DNA from: the human T2T-CHM13v2.0 reference genome, Homo sapiens
NCBI RefSeq assembly: GCF_009914755.1
Contig: NC_060927.1
Strand: one strand, 5' to 3'
Length of the DNA: 64,000 nucleotides
In this document: piece by piece, positions 39,009 through 57,780 of the stretch
How the letters are laid out: each line of letters opens with the position of its first letter
Numbering within the stretch: position 1 is the stretch's first letter
Translations under genes and position numbers: made by a program
Notes under the pieces: generated by a model
The model's database searches: none
Told to the model about the DNA's origin: nothing
What the model saw: only the letters and a program-made list of their open reading frames with translations

Positions 39009-42000
39009 TTCATCAAATGGGCATATGAGCCCTGAACTCACAAATCAAGTTGTCATTCAGTTGAGGTTTAAGGCCTCCTTTTCTGCCCAAAACCAGATTT
39101 AACTGGGTTATTCCTCACTGGCTATCATGAAACATGTAAATACATTTCATAGCTAAGTATGTTTTTAAGTGTTTCAGTCCCACCTTTCTGATTTGAAAGC
39201 CTGAATAATGTCAACTTTTAATACTAAAGTGAAAGAAAAAAGAATCAGAAAATATGTACAACATGTGGGTACAGATTTTGGGCAAATATAGCTCTTACCC
39301 CCTTGCCTCCCACCTCCCTGTACACATGGCAATAAGACTATTATGAATAAACTGAGGTGTTTGATGCCTGCCCTCTACTCACAATCCAACAGACAACTTG
39401 TATTTTAAGAACCCTTTCCAGGCTGGGAATTCTTATTACACTTTCCTGTTAAACTGTAGCACCTGTGATGTTCATCACTTGGATCTTATGAAACTCTCCA
39501 GATTTTTGAGGCTCTCAGTAAATGTGTCTCATCATGGTAAATTTAAATTCCAAGTGTATTCAACATTTCTTTTCAGAAAGCAGTTTTTAAGTTTTGAAGC
39601 AGCGGCTACACATGACATGCAAATAAAATGACCAGGCAATTGCTTGTATTGTCTGTCTGTATCAGGATTCAATTCTAAGCTTTCCAAACATGGATCTCTA
39701 TAGGAGGTTATGCCTAATCTTTGCATTTGAAATGGTCAAGGAGGTGCAAGGATATACCTGGGAGGGGCAATCTCCCTGAACTATAAGGGGAGGGGACGAA
39801 AGAGTGTGTTGGAAAAGTGAAAAACTGAACATTTGAATGAAGTCGGTTGGATTAGCATTTGACACTCAACTATACAGCAAGCGGACACGCTGATATTTAG
39901 TTCTATGGATTGTTAACATTCACATAAAACAGAATTATTTAGCATTTACTGAACCCTTTTTGATAATCAATTTGGGATCAAATGCAAAAGAACATGTGTC
40001 TGCTTTGTATGACCCCAGATTCTTCCGTTTTCTCTTTGAGCAGATGACATGCCTTCTTTACTGACTGATGTTGGTTGCTAGGAGAAGTGCACTGGTTTAG
40101 TCCCTTCTTATCCAGCAGTAAAACTAAAGAGTGTATTTAGTAAGAGAAAGAGGCAGAACACAGTACAGGCCATGAATCATGACTTGTCTCCAATATGTCC
40201 ACTTTGCTCCCATTTTCTTTCCCTTTAAAAACTTTTGTTTTTACCAATGATGCTTTCTTTCAGCCATTATCTATAATCCTTTTGGAGCCTGAGGGGATGA
40301 GGGTTGCTAAAGAGAGGCTGTGCTGCTGAGAGTCCACTCAGAGCAATAATAAAAGCCTTGAGAGTTATTCATGGGGCCACATTAGTGAGAATGCCCTACT
40401 CAGTGAATAGCATCAGTCAGCTGCCTTTGAGATCGAGTGATTAATACCTTCTGTTTTGAAGGGGGGAAAAGGCAGACAAGAAAGGTCTTCATACTACTTT
40501 GGCTATTTTGCAAATTAGATCTTACATATTGTCAAACCTTTTGACAAAGAAATTGCTAAAATGTCAATACCTGCAATAGTCTTTTTTAAAAGCTAGTTTT
40601 TCATGAAACTGTTAATTGTGGCTACTGTCAAATACAATTGAAACGGTAATAATATCCCAAATGAACACTGAAAAAAATCAGTTAGCCATTCTTAGATTTT
40701 GGCAGTGTTTATGATGACATCAAACTAAGAACGTGATGTTAGTGATCATATTCAGAATGTTATCTAGGCAGATCTATTTGACAACAGCCAAATAGCATTT
40801 TTGTTTGTTTGATAAAAGAACTAATTGCAATACTCTTGAGAGTTTACAGAAGCAGCTAATGAGAAAGTGTTAAGGGTGGCAGGTGTTAGTTTCCCATAAG
40901 CACTGGGATATAAGGGACAGTCTGTGAATTACAAAGAAGTTGTTATTTATATATGTATGCCTGTATGTTTGTATCTATAGGCTGGTTCAGCATATGGGAT
41001 TAAAAAGTGGTATTATTATAATCCTCATGACCTCTCCTTTTATCTTTTGATTATATTATGTACATGGCACTGTTCAAATAAAATTGCTCAAGGTTTATTA
41101 AACTTGTCAACCATCTGAGTTGCATAGTTAGAAAAGCTTCTGGTTTTGGTGGCCTGAGTGTGGCAGCTAGAAAATCCAAGGGAATGCTTTGCCATACTGT
41201 TTTTCAGCATGATTCCAACATTAAGCAGGCTGTTAATATTTAGACAGTAAATTAAGCCATGTCTTTGTTTTTAAAAAGTCATTCTCATTCTATTCTTCAT
41301 TTTACATTTTAAACTTATTTTTTATATAGCAGCTTAGTCTGGCCCTTCTGTATATACTCATGCTCATTCCAAAGGCTTTACTTTCATCTGAATATGAGAA
41401 CAAACAACATGTTAAAGACTCTGTGTGATGCTTCCTGTCATCTGTTTTCACTCTGTGGAAGTGAAATATCTTGTTAAGAGGGGGTAATACCCAAAGGCAA
41501 TCAGAGATAAAAATGTAACGATTTGGTGGGTGATGTCTCAAGATCAGCTTTAAGTGAGGTCTGATTTAACATCTTTATTAGTCATTTAAAAGGGAAATGA
41601 TAAAGAAATTGTAAATCTCAACATTGGAATACCATCAGAACCTCCCCTCCCTGTCCCTGAAATCACATATAATGATATACAAAAATTTAGGCGGCAGAAA
41701 ATATTAGTGGAGTAAAAACTAATGCTTTATTTGGTATATAAATGTAAACTAATTCTTCAGGGAAATAATCAGAAATCTAGAAATCTAACTAGAGGGAGAA
41801 GCCAGCAAAGCAATAACACTGAAAGGGCCCTGGGGATAAGTACAGGAGTTGGCGCAAGGAGAGAATGTGATTTAGATTAGGAGTGTTATATCCCAGTTTA
41901 AAGGTCATGCGATTATAGTGCCCATTTAGGGAGTATTGCATCACTGACTAGGGAGATTCTCTTTCAATGAATGTGGCTTAAGTGCAGTTGAAATACTTCT

Positions 42001-42893
42001 TTCATTTTGTACTTCATTGCCAGAACATGAGAGAGATTTTGGCAGAATAGAAACAAGGTTAGTACAAAGAGAGATTCTTTAGGAAGATGCTTGTCTACTT
42101 AACACTAGAGAAGGATTTTCCATTGGAAAGTTGAAGTAGTTCCTTTTTAGAGTGAATATAGCATCTTCAAAACCAAGACCAAATTCATAAAGCCTTCCAA
42201 GAGAAATTTCTACCATCTGTCAGTATACAGCAAAGCCCATGTTTGTGTTTTAGTTCATTTTATATGTACTGTATTACACATATTAGGGCTTAATTAAGGT
42301 TGGGTGAATTAAATTGATCTATTAAATTTAATAGACAACTTGTATGCAGAAACCTATACAACGTATGCCATCTGACCCCAGATAAATTCAAGAGTAATAT
42401 TTTCTGTGGAAGTCAAGGGTCTTCCTTCCAGTAGAAGAAAGTATTGGATGGAGTAGGGAAGCATAGACAATGACTCTTCAGATGAAGTGTGTCACATTTA
42501 CCACATTCCTGGTTAATAAGGATGCTAGGTCTGATGATAAAGACTAGAGAAGGTTGTACAAGTGAGATTCTCTGCTTGCTGCACAATTATATGTTGTTCC
42601 TTTTCCCTAGTCCTCAGATAGAAATCGCCATTTTTTTTCTCCTGATGTAAGAGAGTGATAGAAATAGAATGGAGCCAGCATCTCAGTAAAACAGAAGTAA
42701 AAACAAGTTAAGATGGGCAGTGAGAGGTAATGGAGGCCAATTCCTAGGGCTTCTGATTGGTTTTATTTTGTCAATTTTACATTCCCATCAATGCTGTGGG
42801 GCTACTTCATAGCCAACATTTGAAAGCAGATGGGCATCCTGCCGTAATGTCACTGCAGCCAGTGACAGAGAGGCGCCTGCAGTCCACAAAATC

Positions 42894-42934
42894 TCGCGTG
42901 TATGTGTGTGTGTATGTGTGTGTGTGTGTGTGTA
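42894..42934. repeat. (TG)n microsatellite preceded by CGCG
   Basis: cgcgtgtatgtgtgtgtgtatgtgtgtgtgtgtgtgtgta. Confidence 0.93.
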
Positions 42935-44903
42935 AAACTTGGTTAATGTGTCATTCATCAGTAATGAGATTAGAGCCCTCATAATAAAGTCCCTACATGT
43001 TAATTGTGGAATTATGGTGCAACAATAAGTAGAGAAACACTCATTCTTTAAAAAAAAAAACTACCAGATACAAAATCTATTCATTTGGAACTCACCCTTC
43101 TGTGATTTTTATTCACTACTTTTACAGTTAATTTTTTAAAGATTTTCTTTTATTCAGCTTCCACTGCGTCTTCCCACTAACATCAAACCCTTCTGCATCC
43201 AGTATTCATCATTTTGTAACAAAGAGCATATAAATATTATAAGGGATGGTCTTGATATTAGGGGTGTCTATATAAAATCCATTCTACTGGTCTAGTGATT
43301 GGGCCAGTAAATTGCATACTGTATTGATAAAAGGGCTTTCATTCTCATAATAGTCTGTGAACTCATTGGGGACTCCTTTTCTGGGGAGTCATGTATAAAT
43401 GATGAGAACTATACAAAATCTCGTGAGGAGTTTATCATAGAAATAGAGGTGCTGGAAAAGAAAATATGGTAGACTCATACTCCTTTTTGCCTTGATTTTC
43501 TAACACGTCATCCTGTCACAGGATTTCTGCATACCTTGATTCCATGTGAGGGTTATAAAGAGTTAGAGAAAAATATACATTTGGAAGACTCATTTACGCA
43601 TAATATATCCACATATAAACTTCCATGAATTGGATTGGATTATAACTTGTGTGAAATAAATGTAACAAAACCACATTTTTGACCCTGAGGAACTAATCAA
43701 AGCCAGAGGCTAACTTTATTACACCCATTCCTGATTGGTTTATTTCTGTAAATTTATATAACTACGAGATGATTTCTTACTTTTTCGCTTCTAATTTTAA
43801 GTTTTAAAAGTAAAATTAACCAAAAGAATGTTTATAAGGTGAACTTTGGCCAAATGATGATTGTCATAAAACGTAACTTTTTAAGTAGTTGTGAAATGCA
43901 ATAAATTGAAAAGATAAATAGAGAAGTTGAACTGTCCTTACAAATGACTGCACAATACCAGCAATGTCTTTTGAGAGAGGATTTAGGACATAGTGTGTAG
44001 GTATTTATCTCACACAAAGAGAAAAATTTCCTTCCGTGGGAAAACATTAGATCATAGGAAGGCCTGAAATATCTGAGTTGCAGCTTTGTGAAACCACACT
44101 CAGTCTAAACAAGTTACAACAAGATAAAGTCCTCAGAATACGAGGAAGGGATGATGACTACAAAGATCCACCACTGTGTTTCCCAGCTTTTTTCTCTAAT
44201 GTAGCTAAGACTTTCTTTGATGAAGTCATCCTTTCTTGATCCATTTGTGTAAAAACTTGTCCCCCAACCACCGTTTGTTAAGGGAGGCAGTATTTAGCAA
44301 ACTTGGTAGAGTTTATAAAGTCCTAGTTTTGTTGGATGAGATTCACTAGGATTAGACAACAAATTAAAGACAAAATGACATATATTAGTAACTGAAAGAT
44401 CTTGCTTATTATTAATATCTTAATTCATGCAGTGTTTTTTTTACTTATAAGAAGACACCGTACTGTATAACATTCCATTTGAGATTGTTATGTTGGCAAC
44501 CTCTTATTTCTTTGAAATTGTGTGGGCAATTCAAAAAAATTAAAGACAGGATAATATAGAGAACTGAGCATTTAGGAAAAAAATTGTATATTTGATGTAA
44601 ATTTCATAGTTTTAAATCCACAGATAACTCAAAACTCAGACACAAGACATACAATATTTTGGCAATTTGTGTTAAGGCTGTAACTTTTTTTCAAATGTAT
44701 TATTGCTTAATATTTCTAACATGAAACCTAAGGTGCTTGAATTGAGGCCATGTCGTAATCCAGGGAAGATGTTTTATAAATCAAGGAATTGACATGTAAT
44801 ATACACATATACACAGATGAATATATACATGTCACACATATACAAACATATGTCTATGCACACATACATACATATAATTTTGTAAAAAAAAAGACCAAGT
44901 TCA

Positions 44904-45442
44904 TAGGAATGCCATTTGACCCAGAGATCCCATTACTGGTTATATACCCAAAGGATTATCAATCATGCTGCTATAAAGACACATGCACACGTATGTTTAT
45001 TGCGGCACTATTCACAATAGCAAAGACTTGGAACCAACCCAAATGTCCATCAGGGATAGACTGGATTAAGAAAATGTGGCAATATACACCATGGAATACT
45101 ATGCAGCCATAAAAAAGGATGAGTTCATGTCCTTTGTAGGGAAATGGATGAAGCTGGAAACCATTATTCTGAGCAAGCTATTGCAAGGACAGAAAACCAA
45201 ACACCGCATGTTCTCACTCATAGGTGGGAATTGAACAATGAGAACACTTGGACACAGGGTGGGGAACATCACACACTGGGGCCTGTCATGGGGTGAGGGG
45301 AGCGGGGAGAGATAGCATTAGGAGATATACCTAATGTAAATGACGAGTTAATGGGTGCAGCACACCAACATGGCACATGTACACATATGTAACAAACCTG
45401 CATGTTGTGCACATGTACCCTAGAACGTAAGGTATATATATT
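44904..45442 (+). mobile_element. 5'-truncated L1PA (ORF2 C-terminus + 3'UTR) with TSD
   Basis: Encodes PFDPEIPLLVIYPKDYQSCCYKDTCTRMFIAALFTIAKTWNQPKCP (L1 ORF2p end); G-rich 3'UTR; TSD aaaaaaagaccaagttca on both sides. Confidence 0.96.
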
Positions 45443-45547
45443 AAAAAAAGACCAAGTTCAAAGGCTTTGGCACATCTGTCTTTTAGTCATTGCATTTTTG
45501 TGAGTTAATTACTAATGTGGAAGCTATACCTTTTAGATTCCAGAGGA

Positions 45548-45849
<302 letters not shown>

Positions 45850-45875
45850 AATATATTTTAAAAAATATGTGGCTG

Positions 45876-45981
45876 ACGGGTTGATAGGTGCATCAAACCA
45901 CCATGACACATGTATACCTATGTAACAAAGCTGCACGTTCTGCACATGTATCCAGAACTTAAAGTAAAATTAAAAAAAAAG
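45876..45981 (+). mobile_element. Very short L1PA 3' end (~105 bp) with TSD
   Basis: acgggttgataggtgcatcaaaccaccatgacacatgtatacctatgtaacaaa...agaacttaaagtaaaatt + poly-A; TSD aaaaa(t/c)atgtggctg at 45861-45875 and 45982-45996. Confidence 0.92.
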
Positions 45982-46504
45982 AAAAACATGTGGCTGGATT
46001 TTGATTGAACGTTAATGTTATTTGGGGTGTATGTGTTGTTTTTTTCATTAAAAAGGAGAATACTCGGATGTTTTCCTAATTGTTATTAAGAAAATTCTTA
46101 GATTATTGGGATAACAAAGTTCTTCAAAGTCTTTCACTAAGCTTCCAAGTATCACCTGAATAAAATAGGTGAATAGAAAACTGAGCTTAGATATTTTTTG
46201 CTTGATAGCCATCTAGTTTTATTCAGTTGCCTTGAGACAAAAAATGGAAATTGAAAAGTATAATACACTAATGTTTAGTTACCTGGAAAGTTCCAGCTAA
46301 ATATAAGTAATATTCACAATAGCCTGCTATTGTAATTTTAAATAAAATATTATTGTGTGCCATCTGGAATAACTTGTACACCTCTTCTGTAACTTTCCAG
46401 CTCTTGTGAGGGTTAATAAAGATCTCAAGTGATATTTTCAGAATGCTTCAAAAAGTAATTGAAAAAATGAACCTATGAAATATATCACTAACATATAGTT
46501 GCTT

Positions 46505-46818
46505 TTATTTTTATTTATTTATTTGTTTTTGAGATAGGGTCTCACGCCTCTCACCTAGGCTGGAGTATAGTGGTGCAATCTTGGCTCACTGCGGCCTTGA
46601 CTTCCTGGGCTCAGGTGGTCCTCTCACTTCAGCTTGAGTAGCTGGGATTATAGGCCTGCACCACCACACTTGGGTAATTTTTTTTTTTTTGTATTTTTTG
46701 TAGAGATGGGGTTTCATCATGTTGCCCAGGCTGGTCTCCAACTCCTGGGCTCAAGCGATCCACCCACGTCGACCTCCCAAAGTACTGGGATTACAGAGGC
46801 GAGCCGCCACACCTGGCC
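46505..46818 (-). mobile_element. AluJ with TSD
   Basis: Antisense AluJ; TSD tagttgctttt. Confidence 0.92.
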
Positions 46819-46909
46819 TTAGTTGCTTTTTAATTGCATGTTGTTTTACTATTTCCAAGTTTTTGACCGTTATTGTTAATTAGTTAGCACACAATCACAT
46901 GTATATATT

Positions 46910-47329
46910 AATTCATTAGAATGTATTTACTGAGCATCTGCAATGTGCTGAATACTTGTAACAGTGTGGTGAGTTTTTACTTTGGTGAGAAAGACAAATA
47001 ATCGTGCTGAATATGTTTATACCTGTGATTGAATTTTTAAGTATTATGAAAGAAAAATATAGGGTGTCATAAGCAGATTATAAAATCTATGAAATTTAGA
47101 TTTTTGTGCCTGGAGAACTCCCTGGGGAAGTAACAATTATGTTGAGGACTGGAGATAGCTATGTGAAGAGTGAGATCTGAGAAAAGAATTCTAGGTAGAA
47201 GGAAGGTCCCGAAGTGGACAGGGATTGGAGTCCCTTTGAAAGCCTGGAAGAAAGTCAAGTGGCTGGTAAAGCTGCAAGCAGTGAAAGGTGGAAGAAGGCT
47301 GGGCTGGATGACACAGATTATGTAGGTAA
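46910..47329 (-). mobile_element. L2 fragment (resumes at ~50945-51000 after the ERV insertion)
   Basis: attcattagaatgtatttactgagcatctgcaatgtgc...gggctggatgacacagattatgtagg | ataaagattctgaattttatcccaagg. Confidence 0.7.
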
Positions 47330-50944
<3,615 letters not shown>

Positions 50945-52319
50945 ATAAAGATTCTGAATTTTATCCCAAGGATAATAAAAATACATTAGAGGAATATTAT
51001 ACTGCTGTGGGAATTTACAGGCAGCTAAGGCCTACTGGTGTCTCTGAATACTGTAGAGCATCATCAATTTTTAGCTCAGAAGTAAACTGGTGGACTATTA
51101 AAGCATATAGGGTGGGAACTGAAAACATCATGAGGGTGGGAGCAGGATCTAGAAGTGGACAGCTTGGGTTGAGTTCAGAGTAAGGTTTCGCCAAGGGCTA
51201 TGCCCATCTGCCACCCCTAACCAGTTACATGAAATGGCTGGGAGAGGAGTGTACGTGTCTGTTTTCTAAAAGCTCTCTCATGCAATTCTTGATGTGCTTA
51301 GATTTGATAATGTGAAGATGGTAAGGAATAAAATAGGAGGAGGTTGCAGAGGAACTGGAAATCAGTAAGACAGGAGCAAAGTGTGTGAAAAGGGGGTGTG
51401 TTTAGGGAGATAATTAGGAGTTTCACCAGAAAAATAAAACCATTTCAAGTGTGTGCTGCAAGACAGGGAAGCTGATGGAAGTTTGACAGATCTCCTGACC
51501 TCTTCAATTCCCATAATCATGTAACTCTTTCTTCCTTTCTCCTGGATTATAACTTACTTGAATTGTAGTAATTTACATATGTGCTTTATGACTCACACTT
51601 ACGTTAGGCTACTTCGTGTGAAGAGCTCTTTGCTCTTAACTTGATATTGTTTGTAGTCTGTAGCAAAGCAACGTATACATAAGGAAGTGTTTAATAAATA
51701 TTCGTTGAATTCAATCGAGATGGCCCATTTAATTCAGCTCTTCTTTCTCTCTGCCTATTCTAGACTCAGCCAAAACTACTGGTTTCCATTGGTTTTGCTG
51801 ACTTCATCAATAGAGGGTGCAAATTAAAAATTACTCTACTTATCATCTCCTGAACATATACAATTTATGTGTTCAAAGTTTGATTGGGCAATTGCCTATC
51901 TATCCTTGTAAGTTTAAAAGCTATTTCTCATTTAAGAACATTCATAATAAACACTTTGCATTGTACTTGTTAGTGCACATACCTAGATGAAGGGTAAATC
52001 TATTTTCTTCATGTTATCTTTAAAGCCTGCAGAAAAATTATATGCTTATGTTGGTATTGTTAAGCTATAATGTCATAAAAGGTAAATGCTTGTGTTCATT
52101 GTTTTCACTTATTATGCTTTTTGTTATAAACGTTTGATTTTATTTTTAAAATTACCTTAAAAATGTATTAAATTGTATTGTTTATTCCTTTCAAAGAAAG
52201 AAAAGTAAGGTGTAAACATTAGTTTATAAAAGTTTGTAAGACAAAATTCAAGCAAAGGAAAAAATGAGTAGTGAAATATATTTTTATACAAATTGCAATT
52301 TTATATTACAAATATTTAA

Positions 52320-52642
<323 letters not shown>

Positions 52643-54972
52643 TATAAAAACATATTTCATTTCAGAATAAAAAGTGTAGTAGTTTTGAAGAGCTAAAAAA
52701 TTTGGGACAGATAGATCCTTGAAGCAGAAACCAATCTATTTCATAATGATTTGTGCTTCCTTACTCAAATATTTTGATTTTCTTCTGAGGGAAAAGGGAG
52801 AATGAATTATTTTCTATGACAAGATATTTGTAATAATTATACTCTGGTATTCACAGGTATCATTTTTTCATAAGGTTGATGGCCACCAAGGAATATGGAG
52901 GTCTTGATAGCTTTAATTCTCAGCTGAAAGCAAAAATGGGTTTTTGGAAACTGATCAGAATTGCATGACTTCCCAGATTTGGAAAGGAGAGGTGCTCACA
53001 ACATATTTTTATTCAATGATTCTAATGTAAAGTGGATCTGGCCTAATCAAGGGCACTAAGTAAATCAACTAGAAAAAATACATCAGAGGGAACTGCATAT
53101 AAAATAATAATAATCACAATAATGTTTAGTAATACTATCACAGTCTTTTCCCAAGGAGCTTCAAGCACTTGGCAATTGTCTCATTAATTCTCAGAAGCTC
53201 CCTGGGAAAGAGTAGAGCAATAAATCACATATTAAAGAGACGTTTTAAATAACAGAGTCAGTCAGATTCTTAATAAACAGAAGTTGGTCAACAAAAGTTG
53301 GAATCCAGTTTTATGGAAATAAATTTTGTCTTTTTCTTAACAAGTAATGAATGACCACCAAAAACTTTCTTCAAAATTAATTGTGAAAAATATCCTATTG
53401 TTTCTCTTTGTATTTTTTGTATCTAAACCCAATTACCTGTCATTCTTGTGACCTATTTTCAAAATTCCATTAAAGTCAGCAAGTAACAAGGTTTCTTGCA
53501 ATCTTTAGTCAGATGTCATTTGAGTATTGGTGATCAAGATTGAGAGTACCTTAAATGAGAAGTTTCAATCAATGGCCATCATCCATGCTATTGATTAAAT
53601 ACTTTGTTACCTTAGTAATGGCCCAAATTTAAACATTTCTTAAAATTGGTTAATTTTAAGGAGCAACTAAAATAGTAAAATAATGTTATTGTTTGCATTA
53701 GTAATTAGAAAATTATTGAAATATGAAGTCAAATATATGTTTCTCTTTGAAAATAGTGCCTCATGCTATTATGGGATATACAAATGACCTTACCACTCTG
53801 AGGTCAGAGTTCAAATTAAGCCTCAGTCCTAAGTAAATTGAGATGAATGGTTTGGTCTTTGTCCCTAGTGTAAAATAGTCCATATCGCAAAATCAAGATA
53901 CATCTGTTTTTGCAAAATTGGCGTAATTGGCATTCTCCCAGGACTTTGCTGGCATCGAAGCCGAAGCTATTTCTTACTACAAAGGAAAATGCTTTTCTAG
54001 GTCATGGGTTTTTAAAAAAATGTGTATAAAAATGGCTCAGACCATGTCTGTTCACTTGTGACAAGGGTGAATTATGTCTCATCATAATCAATTTGGTGAT
54101 CGATAACAGCACAGAAACAATCTAGTATGTTTATTAAGTTGGGTGTGATTATGGGAAATCGCAAGATAAACAGATGGAATAATTTTGAAGAGGCCACTTC
54201 CTTGTCTTAGTAGTAGTTTTATAAGTACTTTCATTCAATTATATTGAGAAAAATCAAGATTGCCTTTACATTCTAGTTAACTAAATTATTCATTTATGTC
54301 AAAACCTTTAACATTTAAATGCATAATTATATTAGATGTCAAAAGACATTGGTAATAATAACTCTGACAACATTAACTGCAGTTGGAAAAAAATTGGCTT
54401 CAAAGTCAACTCTTTGTTCTATAGTTTCCTGTATTAATTATAGTCTAATCATATAATTTCTTTAAAAATGTGTTATCAATTAGAAAAAGTTTGTTAGACA
54501 GCAATCTCTATGTGAAAAAAGTATTTGTATTTGGTATTTCCCAGAAATCATATAACAATGTGAGTACAATCAAAGGACTAACAGTAGGGAAATAAGTTAA
54601 TGTATAGAGGTATATATGTTAATGTTAAATAGGACAGTACTTTAATTATATAATCTGTATTTCTTAGGGGGAGTGATTGCTTTTATTTTTGGTTTTAAAC
54701 ACTTTTTGATAGTACAAGTAGGCAATCTAAAGAATTTGTAGGGAATGATTGTTTAGTGTTATGTATTGGGAGATTAGATTAAGACATAGTACAGTTACTT
54801 AATTATCCTTCTATTTTCTCCAAAGAAAAGAAACAGACAAATCTTTGGTATCCTTGCACTACTTTTAAAAATCAACACCCATTTTTAGTTTGCAAATGTT
54901 TGACTCTTCATTTGCTTTTAGTTTAAATATTTTAAGAAAAGATTCTTTTCCCCTCCCCCCTCCACCCCTGCA

Positions 54973-55009
54973 ACACACACATACACTCACACACTCTCAC
55001 ACACACACA

Positions 55010-55042
<33 letters not shown>
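54973..55042. repeat. Compound (CA)n/(CT) microsatellite
   Basis: acacacacatacactcacacactctcacac...(ca)n. Confidence 0.95.
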
Positions 55043-55046
<4 letters not shown>

Positions 55047-56808
55047 AAACAAAAACACAAAACAGCTTGCCTTTGTTGCTAGGCCATAGCACTTTTTCCA
55101 AAGATTTCAAAAACTGTCTGTACTTGATTTTTCGTGACTGCATAAGTTGTAGTATTGGATTTATCAAAGCTTCCCTTTGCAAAACATCCTAACTGAAGCC
55201 AGAGTCCCTCCAAACATGTAATAATTTATAGTGAGTAGAATTTTAAGGTAATTTATAGTGAGTGAGCACTAGTCTTCCATCAGTTTAAAACTCAACACTC
55301 AGTTTTGCTTATTCCCAAACTTTGTATTTACTTTTTACTACTTGCCCCTGATATTTTTATTAACGTCTTTATTTAACAAAAGTTAAGTCAGCAGACAACT
55401 GTGAGTACAGAAAAGGAAGCATTTTATCCCTGTATACCGAATTAGAAAGAACTGATATATGTGTCATATATGTGTCTCTAAAATAAGCTGCGCTTGAATT
55501 GGATATGCATAACAGACTGAAAAGATAGGGGAAAATATCACAGGATTTTTGTGAGAATAGCATTAAGCAAGGTAACATGTGAAAATAGCTAACACCGTGC
55601 TTGATATAGACTCAGTGCTGAATTGAGTGTTTGTTTTTTCTTTTCATAAATTCTTTGATGAAAGTCACATGTTTTCTACTGATATATTGTCTTTAGCCTC
55701 AGTGGACCTTAGAAACAGTAGACGCAGACCTTCAGAAAATAGATGAGAAAACCATGGCTGATGTTAAAATAAGAGGCATCAGAGGAATGCGCCCTATATG
55801 TACTGTTTTCTTTCAAAGCTACCAGGTTATCCCAATTTTAAAGAGCATGCTGAGGATGTTTCAGAACTTTTTTCTTTTTTATTTTATTGATGAGTACTTT
55901 AAAATCATAATTATTAGTTTTTTCTAGAGTATACCTGTTTAAGACATAAACATCAGTTCTAAATCACGTCTAAGTCTTTGCTTTATTTGTGTTTCTCTTT
56001 GTGTTATTATTACTTTATTTATTCTTGGTACATTTTTAGTTCTCAAAATGCTTAGAAGTGTATATTTGTAAAATTTTCCAAAAACACACCATTAGTCTTC
56101 TGTCATTGTTTTCATAAAGTTGTAACTAAAGGGAAGAGGCTGCCCTTTATTTTTGAGTGCTACTTTTCTCTCACCACTGAGAGTGCACAGGCTTTTGGTT
56201 TAATATTTACATCAAGGGGGTAAGCCTTAATTGATATAAGAAAATATATTTTTGTGACAAAAGAAAGCTTTATGTCTTATGTGTTTGAAAGGAAATAAAA
56301 CTAAGACAACTTTTGCCTACAAGTTTCCTTCTATTGTGTCATGATTTCTCAAGGGAAGTGATAGAAGCCATTTTATTTTGACTCTTTTAAAGGAGAATGA
56401 ACGAATCACCACCCTATTAAGAATATAATCTTTGTTTAAATGAACATTGCATGGAATAAAGCAGAATCTTTTTTTCCATTGCTGGTTTCTAAAGCCTCTT
56501 ATCTCTGCCTAACTCTTATCTCTCACTAACTTGCCTGTTAGTCACGTAACAGGCAAGTTCAAAATTCACCCCAAAGTATGATATAAATATATCTTAAAAT
56601 ATAATTCAAACTCATTACTGATTTGTGAGAAAGAATGAATGGCAACAAAAGAGCATGAGGGAGGGCAGAATTGGAAGTAGAATACGTGAATAAAGTAATG
56701 TTTTTGTGAACATTAAATTCAACATAATTCCACAGTATAGTGCCCAGCCCACTTCCGCAGGCTAGTATGTTTCTAGGCTTCATTAAATAGAACATATTAT
56801 CTAAAATA

Positions 56809-57131
56809 AAGGTGGGCACACTGCAGCCTCTGGACTGCTGCTTGGTTTTGTGATCCGCAAACTATAATAAATTTTTTTACATTTTTAAGTCATTAGTATA
56901 AATCAGGAGTAGAATGCTATTTCGTGACTCATAAAATTTTTATTCGGTTGAATTTTCTTGTTCACTAATAAAGTTTTATTTGAGCATGGCCACGCTCAAT
57001 TGTTTAAGCACAGTCTATGGCTACCTTCTTTCTACCAAGGCAGAATTGAGTAGCTGTGGCAGACGCTGTGTGGCTCACAGAGCCTAAATATTTACAGTCT
57101 TGCTCGTTAAGAGAGAGTGTGCTGATCTCTA
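56809..57131. mobile_element. MER58B-like hAT-Charlie MITE
   Basis: aataaagttttatttgagcatggccacgctcaattgttta...gtctatggctacctt...ggcagaattgagtagctgtggcagac...agcctaaatatttac. Confidence 0.8.
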
Positions 57132-57780
57132 ATTTAAACTATAAGGGCACTACGTGTGCTTAATGTGTGCTCTCAGGCAGTATGCAAAAATGCTAAATTT
57201 TAAGAGAGAGAGACCATTGGAATTAAGTGAAAGAGTTCACTTAGGAGAAGGAAGAGGTCTGAATGTGTTTAAGACAAATAAAAATATGAAAAATAGTTGA
57301 AAGAATGAGGATGCTTTGTTGGCAAAGAAGTCGATTGGGATCATGATATTCTTCAAATCTTCATAATCATGTGGGAGAATGACTGGACTTGTCATATTTA
57401 ACACAAAGGAACGAAATTGGAGTTAAGGTCATAGGTGGACATTTTACTGAAATATATATTGATTCAATGAAGAAAATAAAGAATATACTAATAAAATTAT
57501 ACTTTGATGGAATATCTTTGTTCTTGTAAGTCAGTGACTTCTAGTACTTCAGTCATTCATGCATAGACTACTTGAACATTTTGTTGACACATCTGGTGGT
57601 GGTTAGATTGAATAACTTTCTTATTCTTTAATTAATTCAGTAAACATGTATTCAGCAGCTCCTTTGTATGAAACACTCTTTTAGGCACTGGGATTAGAGT
57701 GGTGAGCAGCACGGACCAGGTGCCTGCTCTTCTTGCACTGTCTTGATAGAGTCCTTGAGGGGGAGAGACAATATGCAAGC

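Noticed and set aside
42318-42335. Perfect 18-bp palindrome tctattaaatttaataga
   Set aside because: Almost all A/T; roughly one such palindrome is expected by chance in a window this size.
44789-45112. 107-aa ORF
   Set aside because: Fragment of the L1 ORF2p C-terminus in a truncated L1PA, not a host gene.
55222-55263. 15-bp direct repeat taatttatagtgagt with a 12-bp spacer
   Set aside because: Only two copies; a small local duplication, not an array.
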